A DNA stretch of 61,456 nt, the filler included, from Globobulimina sp. (Eukaryota), in NCBI GenBank assembly GCA_003354225.1. It is 18 parts of 18 records of this genome, joined end to end, with 100 filler letters (N's around TTAATTAATTAA, not from the genome) between each part and the next. Parts side by side here need not be neighbours in the genome. Positions count along the whole stretch, not along the records: positions 1 to 3,323 come from PIVH01003090.1; positions 3,424 to 6,746 come from PIVH01003091.1; positions 6,847 to 10,168 come from PIVH01003092.1; positions 10,269 to 13,590 come from PIVH01003093.1; 14 more parts are not named here. One strand, 5' to 3'. Of this stretch, positions 1-11,059 are shown in pieces. Below the pieces are notes generated by a model, which saw only the letters and a program-made list of their open reading frames with translations, did no database searches and had not been told where the DNA came from. A program made the position numbers and the translations under genes. The stretch's first letter is position 1, and every line of letters begins with the position of its first letter.

Positions 1-180
1 TCAGTCTTTCTAAATAATTCGAAGTCCATTCGCCTGTTTAAAAGGATGAAACAAAAGAGATTACAAAGTCTCACAGTAATTATATTAATATTTTATACTC
101 TGTTTATTGTCTTTAGGCGAAGTTGAAGCGGATTAAAGCACGGCAGTTTTGTTATTTTTGTTGTACTATAAAAAAGTCTA

Positions 181-2277
181 ATGTCAATGTTTCTTGTGTC
201 ACACATTAGTAAAACAGCAAAACAACATTCGCATGAGTTATTAATCACTATTCGTGCCTATTACCACAAGCAAGTAATAATAACTAATGTGGAGGCAACT
301 AAATTAATCAAAGCATTATATTCCGATAAAAAGAACAAAGAAACCAATAATTTATTTGCAATTGGACTGAAAATTTACAATGAAATAATTGAAGTTAAAA
401 ATGAATATGTGATTAATAGCATGTTATCATTATGTTTGCACTCAAAACAAAGACATCAAGTGATGCAATTATGGAATGATATCAATCTGTTATTATCAAT
501 AAAATCAGAGGCAAACATATCATATGAATTGATCTTAAAATGTTTACTGTTTTGTAATAATTACAATAATGAAAAGGAGATTTTGCAAACATTGTCATGG
601 ATGAAAGAATGTAATTATTGCAAGAAATTGACAGAAAAAGATTATTCAACAATTATTTGTAAAATAATATCGAAATACAATACAAATATTGATATGTTGC
701 AACATATTCACTCATTGATCGATAACTCGTTCCTCGAAAACGTTTTTATCAAAACCACTCTGATGAATGCATACAATAAACACGGTCAGATTGAAGATGC
801 AATAAATATATTTGAGTCAATCAGAAACGACACAAAAGATGTTGTTTGCATCAGTGCCATGATGCAAATATATATAAACAATGGTTTTAATGAGGAAGCG
901 TTGGCAATATATGACAACACAGATATTAATTGCAAAGATAATATAATTCATGTATTGGCGCTAAAAGCTTGCAGCAATCTGTCAGATATCCAGAAAGGAA
1001 AAGAAATCCATACACAAATCATGAACAATAAAATGGATATACTATGCTACAATGCTTTGATTACATTTTATGACAAATGTGGTGCGTTTGAAGATGCCTT
1101 AAATATATTTGAGTTAATACCAAATCATAAAAAAACAGTGGTTTCCATTGGTGCGATGATGAAAGCATACACAAATAATCGTTGTTTTACAAACGCATTG
1201 CAATTATATGAGGATTGCATTCATTTAAATATTAATCCCCATATTCAGCTCAATGATATTTGTCATATGTTTGCCATAAAATGTTGTACCAAAACAAATG
1301 ATTTCGAAAAAGGAAAAAGAATTATTTTTGAGATTGATTGCGATGAGAACTCAGATATTAATTTAATTAATTCAGGCATTGATTTTTTTGGCCATTTTTA
1401 TGATATTCAAAGTGCAATAAATACATTCAAACAAACAAAGAATAAACGTAAAAATATTGCAACCATTAATACGATGATGGACGCATATTTCCGATGTAAT
1501 TTAGGCGAAGAATGTATGGAATTATTTAAGAGAATATCAGTTTTCTATCAATTGGAAGCGACCATTACATCATACTAAATTGCATTGGATGTGTATGCCA
1601 CAAATGAGAGGTTGTATGCATTTGGAAGAGAAATACACAATAAATTGAAAGAAATGCATGATGCAAATTATTTAACTCATCTATCGATACAAATAAATTT
1701 AATAAATATGTATGGCAGAAACGGAATGATCAATATTTGTGAGGATATCTTTAATGATATCAAAGAAAATGAATATGATAAATATTGCCAGCAAATTACA
1801 ATTTGGAATGCTATTTTTTATGCTTATGGGAATAATGGGAATATTGTCAAAGTGAAAGAATTATTTACAAAAATGATTAATGAAATCGGATTGATACCGA
1901 TTAAGAAAACCTATGCGATATTATTCAATGCATTTAGTCATTGTGATGATATTGAGAATGCGTACGATATTTGGAAAATGGACATCAATCGAAATGACAT
2001 AAAATATGATGTTTATGTTGTAAGCACATTAATTGACGGATTATCCAGAAAGGGCGAATTAATGAAAGCATATAAATTGATAAGAAAATATGAAATGTTT
2101 ACAAATAACTGTTATAATGAGGTAATGTGGACCAGTTTATTGAGTTTTTGTGTCAAACATAATCAAAAGTCAATCGCAACGCGTCTATATCAACAATATA
2201 TGCACCGGTTTGGAAATGATGATAAATATATAAACTCAATCCAATCCGTATCAATACTTATGTCAAGTCTTCAGTGA
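181..2277 (+). pseudogene. Pentatricopeptide-repeat (PLS/E-like) protein with one in-frame TAA (pseudogene or sequence error)
   Basis: ORFs 181-1578 and 1585-2277 are in one frame, separated by TAA at 1576-1578 (ITSY*IALDVY). PPR motifs: VFIKTTLMNAYNKHGQIEDAINIF, CYNALITFYDKCGAFEDALNIF, IWNAIFYAYGNNG. E-domain-like end EVMWTSLLSFCVKH. Confidence 0.8.
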
Positions 2278-2296
2278 AAACCCAAACTAGACAATA

Positions 2297-3323
2297 ATGT
2301 CAGCAGACGCAATGGCGACTCAATCACTTTCTTTGATTGAAAGCACGACTAATATCCAATTGCTAGTCAACGAGACCAACAACAAAAGCAACAAAACATC
2401 GGACACAGACAGTGATTATTCATACCCTGATCACGATGCAAGCAAAAGAGGTCCAAAAACACAGTTAGATTTAAAATGCCCTGAACCAAATCTCGGGCCA
2501 TTTCCATATCAATATTTGCCAGCACCGTTTAAATATTCCCCACATTTATCATATTGGAACATAGAAAATCATGAATCAGCGCGCAAATTTTGGTATTTGT
2601 ATGGCAGGTCGATAGCGACTAAAAATTTATGCATATCTGCAGCTAATTTATTGTTGGCCTTTGCAATTTGGTTAATTTGGAGTATGGTTACTGTGCTTTT
2701 ATTGGAATGCTGGCAGTCCTCAAAGGGCGAATACTATGCTTTTAATTCATGGAAAGCAAATATGACAGAACACGAATACCATCATTCACTGTGGTTATTG
2801 CCAGCAACGAGCGGCCTAAGCGGTGCAACGTTGCGTTTAACAAATTCATTTATGATCGCACCATCCGGCGGAAGATTGGTTATCTCACAAACTTCACTTT
2901 TATTGTTAATAACCGCGTTGATGTTAGCCACTGCATTGAATGACACAAATGTCAGTTTAGAATATCTGATTATCATTGCATTGCTATCGGGTGCCGGTGG
3001 CGGTGCTGCTGCATCCTCAATGAGCAATATTTCATTTTTTTATCCAAAATCCAAACAAGGATTGGCATTGGGTTTAAATGCTGGAATTGCAAACTCAGGC
3101 ATTTGTATGATGCAATTGTTGGTGCCATTGTTGGTGTCATATCCCGTATTTGGTGCTGGTGGCAATATATCCGCACATATTGACAATGTTGGCTATATTA
3201 GTAATTGTGCAATATTCTGGATACCATTTCTATGCATTGTTATCGTGGCAGCCTGGTTGTTTATGAATAGTTTGCCTCAGCATCCCGCTGCAGCACACAC
3301 AGCACGCGCATTAATTTCATATT
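2297..3323 (+). CDS. NarK-type nitrate/nitrite MFS transporter, 3' truncated
   Basis: W..E....FW...G..IA..NL.IS...LLLAFAIW, SGATLR..SFM...GGR and SSMSNISFFYPKSKQGLALGLNAG closely follow E. coli NarK; about 85-aa N-terminal extension. Confidence 0.9.
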
Positions 3324-3423
3324 NNNNNNNNNNNNNNNNNNNNNNNNNNNNNNNNNNNNNNNNNNNNTTAATTAATTAANNNNNNNNNNNNNNNNNNNNN
3401 NNNNNNNNNNNNNNNNNNNNNNN
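3324..3423. other. Artificial contig spacer (N44-TTAATTAATTAA-N44), first of 17
   Basis: Identical 100-nt block recurs about every 3.42 kb. Contigs: 1-3323, 3424-6746, 6847-10168, 10269-13590, 13691-17011, 17112-20432, 20533-23852, 23953-27272, 27373-30692, 30793-34112, 34213-37531, 37632-40950, 41051-44369, 44470-47787, 47888-51205, 51306-54622, 54723-58039, 58140-61456. Confidence 0.98.
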
Positions 3424-4464
3424 TCACCGGAGCCGTCGTAATGCAGTCACCACCACAGCAACAGATACCGGCCTCACAATATCCAAATTCATTCCCTTCA
3501 TAACAGGACGTATTTAATGAGCCGCCACTGCACGATTCATAACAACCACATTGCAAATTGCGTTGCAAGCCCCATTGGTAGCAATTTGGCACACATTTCT
3601 TGTTTGTGTACCACGAGTCTGTGATCACATCGCCATCCCATGAGGCCGACCCTGAGCCTAAGTCTCTCCTCCGTCGTCGACGGGAATTCGAACTGTCGTC
3701 GCTGCCATCCTTGTAACGCCAGCGTTTTTTAGTGGACTGACTGTTTTTATTATCGCTGCTTGCGCCATATACAGGGGCACTCGTCGGAGGCCGAGTTAAG
3801 CTCACATTTCCGGCACAAATACCGCCAGAGATGTCTGTCCATGAACTGACGACTAAGTCGCTACAGCCATCGCCATATTCGCCGAAGATGCTCGTTGTGC
3901 AAGAAGTGTCAAAGGTTCCTATACAATTCTCACCATTCACATATTCAATGACAAAGCGGGTTTGTATTCCAAATCTCGTTTCTCCAGAAACACCGATACT
4001 GCATACAATTTCTGCTCCGTTGGTTACATTCTCCGCGACGGGACAGGCGAGTATGTTGTTGGAATAATAAAATGTTATACTTTCTGCAGGCTCGTCGCCT
4101 AAATATGTGCTGGTAAATGATACCAATCCGTCTTCGCAATTACAATCTTCTTCGACTGGGCAGGGCGAAATACTGATATTACCGATACTTACTAAGGTAA
4201 TATTGAATGGGCATTGTGTACAATTGAGGGCCTCCAATTCTGTTGGATCAGATGTCGGAAAACGAGATGGACTGCGTGATGGAGCCTGGCTTGGTTGTAA
4301 AGTTGGCGAATCTGTGCAATTCTTTTCGACGCAGCCTTCGCCGGTACATATGCCAGGTTGAAAAAAAGTGGCACAAGTACAGCAACTACCGTCATCTACA
4401 CCGATTTTTAATTCGCAATGAGTGATATTTAAGGGCACCCCGCTAATATCTGCACACCCGAAAC
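3424..4464 (-). CDS. Cys-rich extracellular protein with P/S/T linkers, partial
   Basis: 356-aa open frame with many Cys, PSQAPSRSPSRFPTSDPT linker and RRRRRRDL basic stretch; likely AG acceptor near 4465. Confidence 0.65.
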
Positions 4465-4943
4465 CTATTTTATTTTCGTTTTGTTGTATATGTTTTGTTT
4501 TTTGTTTTTATATAGTCATTATTTTATAATGTTTTTAATTCTTTGTTTGATTGCTTCAATAATAAAAAACAAAGAAAACATGATAAACAATCCAAAGTGG
4601 AGAATTGCATGCAAATTAATTTGAAAATGTCATCCAGACGAAAAGTAAATTAATTTGTTTAGATGTTAATGTAGGAATACCGTTGGTTGTTGATATGAAT
4701 ATTAATAAGCATAGTAATGCGACTGTGGATGAGTGTTAATTGTATATTGTCAGCATATGCATAAAATGTTTGATATTTTAACTGAATGAATGATTCATCG
4801 TTGATAATTTCTTTGTTGAATTATTGCGCTTTTTAGATAAGGGATGATCGGATCCGAAAGAAACGCAAAGTACTTAAAATGTTCAAAAACTCCGAGGTTG
4901 GCAAAACTTTGAATAGCCACAGATACGTCCTTAACTTCACAAA

Positions 4944-5787
4944 ATGGACTTCATTTTTTGTTTCGTGTTAATCGCATATTATATAATTACAGCATTAGCA
5001 AGCCCAGATTGTAAATATTTTGCTTCTCCAAATGGTGGACCATATATACCTATGGGTGTTTGCTCCCAATATTCTTTTATGGACAAAGAATCTGTCATTC
5101 GCGGTTCCTATAAATATGAATGTTTCCATGGTAATGTAATTACACATTATTGGACAGACAGTGGGAAATGTGACGGTAATAAGGAATTCTATTCAGATCC
5201 ATATAAGACAGATGATAAAGAATGTTATGGCAATATCTGTAAATATGCAACTTTTAGATCTTATCAGCGATTATATCCAAATGAGGATGTATGCAGAAAA
5301 AATGAAGAATTATATTTTGAGTATGCCCTAGTCACAGATTGTTGGGATGCTATGGGGGACAAAGAATTGTCACGGTCTGTTTGTGTGTATATTGTCATAA
5401 AAACTAAAAACAAAAAACAATACTCAAAGGTCATTAAGCTGCAATGAGAACTCGTTTACATTGGACACATACGAATCATCTGATTGCAATGAAATGCGTT
5501 TAATACACTCACAATCAATAACATCGGGATGTAAATGGTTTATTAATGGTACAATGAACCAAACGATACCTTTTATAAATAAAACGATTGTTTTGGGCGG
5601 AAATGACACATATTTTGAAATTATTGCATGTGGTGACTCAACGAGTTTATTTTGGTTATTTTATCTCGCTATACCAGTGGGTGGATTTTGTTTTATCTGT
5701 TGTTTGACTGCGAGTATATGTCAGAGATATAACAAAAAAAAGACAGCTACGGAAAATAAAGAGGGATATATTCAACAAAGTGTTTGA
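4944..5787 (+). CDS. Cys-rich type I membrane protein, paralog A (intron 5375-5429)
   Basis: Signal peptide and C-terminal TM helix; removing the GT-AG intron joins ORFs 4944 and 5461 in frame (ELSR|SLSCNE). Confidence 0.75.
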
Positions 5788-5931
5788 TATAATTATCTAT
5801 ATACAATATATATTAATTGTTAACATTAATAATAAGTATTAATTTATTCTTGCGATTGTAAATTGAATTTTATATTGTTTTTGAATTAATGATTCTATGT
5901 CCTTGCATCTGAAAAAAACTTTACTGCCATA

Positions 5932-6713
5932 ATGATTATGATGATCACTTTATTAATCGCCAGTATAATTACAACCACATTGTCAACTAATTGCCAATAT
6001 TTCCAAGCTCCTGGAAAATATGGAGACGGTAATGGACCAGCAATGCCATGCAGTGTATGTTTCAAAGCATATGTACAAGGAACAGATGAATTGGCAAAGT
6101 CGTATACTGTCTCATATTCATTTGATTGCAATGCAGACGATACAGTGACAATAAATGGATATAGACATTCAGGCTGTAACGGAGAAGCAAGCAGCAGTTT
6201 ATTCAAAGCATATACGCATTCCAGCGGTGGAATCTGTGATCATGTAACTTTTCGTTCTTACTTAGCAAATCCCAATGGCGACGAAGGTAAATCATGCATT
6301 AAAAAAGACCAAGTCGGCTATGTTGAATTTGGATTTGTTACACAATGTTTCAATTCTATACTTTATCCACAATTCTCTGGGTATACTATAATAAATATAT
6401 ATGTAATACAGCTATATATAATATATAATATATGCATATAATAAACAGGAAATTAGGTTGTTCAAACACAGATTATTTCACATTGACTGGTTATAAAGCA
6501 CCAAATCGCAGAGGTGAGCTTATTGCAAATATGTCAGCTAAAATATATGCTGGCTGTCAAACGATAAACGCATCGAATAGTTTAATTCCAAAAAATATTT
6601 CAAACAAATTCCCATTTAATATTACTGCATTTAGTTCGAATCAAACGTATTTTGAAATTACTGAATGTGGCGGAGGATGGCCACTGTTACGTATTGTATT
6701 AGTGTGGTGTTAG
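5932..6713 (+). CDS. Cys-rich membrane/secreted protein, paralog B (intron 6381-6448)
   Basis: Shares C.YF..P, TFRSY, VT.C and TYFEI..CG with paralog A; intron at the equivalent site and phase. Confidence 0.72.
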
Positions 6714-6846
6714 TGGTATATATATTGCACGGCTATTATTTTAATTNNNNNNNNNNNNNNNNNNNNNNNNNNNNNNNNNNNNNNNNNNNNTTAATTAATT
6801 AANNNNNNNNNNNNNNNNNNNNNNNNNNNNNNNNNNNNNNNNNNNN

Positions 6847-7900
6847 AATAAACAGTTTGTAATATACTATTAAATTTCAAATGTTGTTTAGCATCGATAA
6901 ATGCAAATTTCTTGAACGATTTTGAAGTTAACAATCTATACTCATCTGCTTTACTTTCAACTGATAATCGTGGAATATGCTGTGAACACTTATCCAAATG
7001 AAACAAAATGGTGATAAATCCTGTATTTTTGATATTTAATGTATCGAAAATTATAGATTTGAGAGTTGATATCTGAAATGACCATTTTACGTGTTTGATA
7101 CTAATCGAATTTGAGATTTTAGGGCAATTTAAAAATATAAAATAGATACATTTATTTGTAATCAATAATAAGGTGTCACCAACAATTCCATGCGCTGATA
7201 ATTTACATACAAATGAATGATATTTATAAGACTCACTGTCAATCTTAGCATTGTAACGAATCACATTTTCCATAAAAAAATGTTTAAAAGTATCCGTCGA
7301 ACAGCGCGTGCCGAGTACTTCCCAGTACAGTGCCCGGATAGAATGGTTTGGAGCAGATAATGTAAATTCGAAATAATAAAAATTATCAATGCTTTCGGAT
7401 TTCTTCCAATACAATGGCTGTAAATGCATGTATTATATATTTATGTATCTTATTATATTTCCAATGCATTTGTACATACATAAGTAAAGTAATTCGCGTA
7501 GACTTTAACGGAAACGACTGAATCATTCTCATTATTGAACGTGTTGATTGATACTATGTTTAACAAATTAATGCTGTTTCAAAAATAACACATGCGACGT
7601 TTAAGCATAAATTATGACGCGTGCACAAAATGACATACCTTTCAACTTTATCTGACTCAAAAATGCAATGAATAGATTTGTCTGTTAATACAACTTTGCA
7701 ACGGACAGCTTTATCAAATAGAATGATTTTTTCTTTTGTTGTTGATAGAGTTACAGTTTCATCAAATGGATCTTTTAATGATTGTTTTTCATCATTGACA
7801 ACCAATTGGACATCTAATGTCAATATAAAAAAACAAACAATTTAGTTTATAATGTGGGGACATCCATGCGTACCTTTGATACATTCCGCAACCGCTTTAC
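6847..7900 (-). CDS. Multi-exon hypothetical protein, partial (possible PH-like segments)
   Basis: Minus-strand ORF pieces 6847-7429 and 7560-7823 with LLLITNKCIYFI / VVLTDKSIHCI strands; exon structure not resolved. Confidence 0.4.
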
Positions 7901-7969
7901 GGTCAGAAAATAAAGTCCAATCATCTGCAGTTGTTGTTTCCATCTTAAATAAAAAAACTGCAATTATCA

Positions 7970-9283
7970 ATGGGAAACGAACCAAGCATTGAAATTCCCA
8001 GGTTAGAATTGAAAACCATCGCTACCGCGTGTACCTGCAAAAAAGCAATACAATCAAATTTACAGCCAATAAAGCAGTCAAAGTACTTTGGGAAAGCCAA
8101 TAAAGCACTAAAACAAAGAAAGGAAACAGCATTACCATGCAATATCTGTGGATATATCACACCACACACTGAAATTGCTGTATCTGGCTATATAAAATAT
8201 ATTGAAAGCACCTACGATTTATCACATATTGTACCAAGAGCAATGATACAAATAATTAACTATTACTATGAAATGCTAAGCCAACCTTTTCCATTCGATG
8301 ACAAAATGACAATAAAAGATTTTGAGATACATAAGTTGTGTAATAATGTGGATAATGTCTGGAAAGTTGAATTAAAAACGAAAAAACAAATTTTCGCATT
8401 AAAAATAGTAAAAAAAAAAAAATTAATTGCATGCAAACCAGTTAACGTTATTTATAAAAATATAAGTCCGGAAAGACGTATTTTAGCAAATATTGATCAT
8501 CCTTTTATAGTGTCGTTAAGATATGTTTTCCAAACAAAATCTAAATTATTTATGGTTATGGATTTTTATGATGCGATGCCATTATTTCGTCTTCAAGGCA
8601 AATTTACAGAAACCAGAGCTAAATTGTACAGCGCTGAAATATTTTTAGCAATTGAATATTTACATGATAACAACATAACATTTACAGATTTAAAAGGAGG
8701 GGATATAGGGAATATATTATTGGATATCGACGGGCATATAAAAATTAGTGATTTCTGTTCAAGTGATTATGAAGAATGTATTTCCTATCATCCATCATAT
8801 ATTACACGCACTTTTTGTGGTTCGCAGTGTGAATATTTAGCTCCAGAAATGTTGCGAGAATGTGGTTATATGGCAAATGATATGGTCGATTGGTGGTCAC
8901 TTGGTATAATTTTATATGAGATGCTATGTGGTGTCACTCCATTTTATGACGGAAATATAGAAAAAATTCGTCAAAATATATTGTATCAATCTGTGACATT
9001 TCAGTCTTTTATGAGTGATGATGTTATTGAATTAATTTCAAAATTATTAATTAAAAATCCACACGAAAGAATAAAATGCGATAAAATTAAACAGAGTGAC
9101 TTTTTCCGCAGTATTGATTGGGATAAATTATATAATAAACAAATCCAACCACCTTCGCCATGGGAGGCGCAGGCCAAAATTTCATCAAATGTTGAAGTTC
9201 CAAATGAATTGTTTCCGAGTGGTAGTCGATCATCGTATAAATATGAACCTAATTTATTATTCAATGGTGGAATTGCATGGTGA
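7970..9283 (+). CDS. AGC-group Ser/Thr kinase-like protein, probably catalytically impaired
   Basis: FALKIVKK, ERRILANIDHPFIVSLRYVFQT, TFCGS..EYLAPE, VDWWSLG, IDWDKL..KQIQPP. Gly-loop absent, HRD is FTD, DFG is DFC. Confidence 0.9.
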   Translation: MGNEPSIEIPRLELKTIATACTCKKAIQSNLQPIKQSKYFGKANKALKQRKETALPCNICGYITPHTEIAVSGYIKYIESTYDLSHIVPRAMIQIINYYYEMLSQPFPFDDKMTIKDFEIHKLCNNVDNVWKVELKTKKQIFALKIVKKKKLIACKPVNVIYKNISPERRILANIDHPFIVSLRYVFQTKSKLFMVMDFYDAMPLFRLQGKFTETRAKLYSAEIFLAIEYLHDNNITFTDLKGGDIGNILLDIDGHIKISDFCSSDYEECISYHPSYITRTFCGSQCEYLAPEMLRECGYMANDMVDWWSLGIILYEMLCGVTPFYDGNIEKIRQNILYQSVTFQSFMSDDVIELISKLLIKNPHERIKCDKIKQSDFFRSIDWDKLYNKQIQPPSPWEAQAKISSNVEVPNELFPSGSRSSYKYEPNLLFNGGIAW

Positions 9284-9294
9284 TTAACATTTTT

Positions 9295-9378
9295 TGTTAT
9301 TCCTTAGTTATCTCACTTATCTGTTTGTTGTTCCTTAGTTATCTGTTTGTTATCCGTATAGTTATCTGTTTGTTGTTT
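9295..9378. repeat. Imperfect tandem repeat (TAGTTATCTGTTTGTT-like, about 3 copies)
   Basis: Repeated ttagttatct/gtttgtt units directly after the kinase stop. Confidence 0.6.
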
Positions 9379-9560
9379 GTGTTCAAGATTACTAAAATAA
9401 TTAATATATAGTCAGTGATTTTGAATTGAGAAATTAATTAATATAATGGTTATCTAAAATCAAAGCTTAAGTTTTTCTTAGAAAATCTTTAATCTGAATT
9501 TTGGATTATTGGATTAATCGTTGCCTATTTCTTGAAATTTCTCAACTTTTTGAAAAGAAT

Positions 9561-10168
9561 ATGCATTATTGTACATTATTATTCATATTTGCACACAGCG
9601 TAACATCTCAAACAGAGCCACAATGTAAACCATTTAGAGATATATATGCCACCGGGAAAGAATTATGTGAAAATATATGGTCTAATGACGACAAAAAATC
9701 ATTTACATATATCGAAAATGATGACTCTCGGGCATATACAATGTGGTTCTTTGATGATACAAACCCAAACGACCAAGTTACAACAAACCGCGGTCTAAAT
9801 GTAACAAATGAATGTTTACTGAGGTAATATAGGAATTAATTAAATAAATATATAACGAATCTTCAATGGATTTCAAAAATTCGTTTAATTGTATCACTGC
9901 GAATACATTGAAAAACATGCACGTATCATACCAAACGATTTTTTGAATCCATTACGTTGTATACATATAAATTGCATCTTATTTAATTCCTGTATTTGCC
10001 TTAAAAGTTATTACCATCGCGAAGCAACTGCAGAGGCTGACAATTTCACTGAATGCCATCCATGGAAAAATGCCGCATGTTGCTATGAATCGACAGTGAA
10101 AGACGTCGAAACCTTAATAAATAAATATGGCGATGAATATCGATGGAATAGATGCGGCGCATTAAGCC
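9561..10168 (+). CDS. Folate receptor / riboflavin-binding family protein, 3' truncated (intron 9824-10007)
   Basis: Signal peptide; CKPF..IY....LCENIW, MWF....NPNDQV, CHPWKNAACC and YRWNRCG match folate-receptor family motifs; splice gives ECLLS|YYH. Confidence 0.8.
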
Positions 10169-10268
10169 NNNNNNNNNNNNNNNNNNNNNNNNNNNNNNNN
10201 NNNNNNNNNNNNTTAATTAATTAANNNNNNNNNNNNNNNNNNNNNNNNNNNNNNNNNNNNNNNNNNNN

Positions 10269-10514
10269 ACAACCATTGTCTTAAGAACTGCTGAAGCAAA
10301 TAAAACGGCAAAAATAGCAAGTGCCCGAGCAAAATATGACGAAATTATTGGCCAAGCCAGAGGTGTTGGGATAGCCGGAACCATTAAAGGTTTAGGGATG
10401 GATATGGTGGATGAAAATGTAACTGACACGTTTTTACGTTTAATGGCTATTTTGGATAATAATCAAACGCAAATTGTTAATCTTGTTTCCTCAGCGGTCG
10501 TGCATTTACAGTAA
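10269..10514 (+). CDS. C-terminal fragment, likely SPFH/band-7 protein
   Basis: Frame reads TTIVLRTAEANKTAKIASARAKYDEIIGQARG...VVHLQ*, an Ala-rich coiled tail like that of the convergent SPFH gene. Confidence 0.5.
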   Translation, partial: TTIVLRTAEANKTAKIASARAKYDEIIGQARGVGIAGTIKGLGMDMVDENVTDTFLRLMAILDNNQTQIVNLVSSAVVHLQ

Positions 10515-10648
10515 CATCATCTAATTAAATATATCTATTTTGTATTTTTTTTTATTTTCTATTTTGTATTTTCAAGCATGTAAATTAAACTATATTTTAT
10601 ATTACTTATTTCTATTTTTTTTTTACCAAATACTACTGTACGTCCACA

Positions 10649-10799
10649 CAGTGTCCATCATCATTGGATTTGTTTAGTAGATGCAAATTTGTTTGGTATG
10701 CACGCGGATACCGGCATTACTATCATGCGAAACAAATTTGACATTTGAATCCAAAAATTTATACACCGCGTTTTTCACGTTTTTTATTTGTATACACTG
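10649..10799. mobile_element. Degenerate MITE-like fold-back
   Basis: Ends CAGTG...CACTG(TA); internal inverted pair CAAATTTGTTT / AAACAAATTTG. Confidence 0.3.
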
Positions 10800-11059
10800 T
10801 ACATAAGAATCTATATAAAAAAATAATTGAATGTATAGTTTATTATAGAAATAGTTGGACTTATGGCTTGATTAAGACTTAAGAGACTCTACAATGCAAT
10901 GCTTTGTATTGCCACACAAGGAATTTAAAAAAAAAATAGGAAATAGATAATACTTTAATAATACTGGAAAATACAAATTACAAAATATAAAATAGAAATA
11001 TAAAAAGTACAAAATATATAGAAATGTTTTTTGTTGTTGTTGTTTCTCAATGATTTAAT

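Noticed and set aside
1576..1578. TAA reassignment (ciliate-type code)
   Set aside because: Long conserved ORFs (PRP8, DNA-PKcs) have no internal TAA/TAG, and many genes here end in TAA.
3368..3379. Recurrent TTAATTAATTAA palindrome, and ORFs ending in X..LIN
   Set aside because: Artificial all-frame stop linker between contigs; ORFs crossing it are truncated genes.
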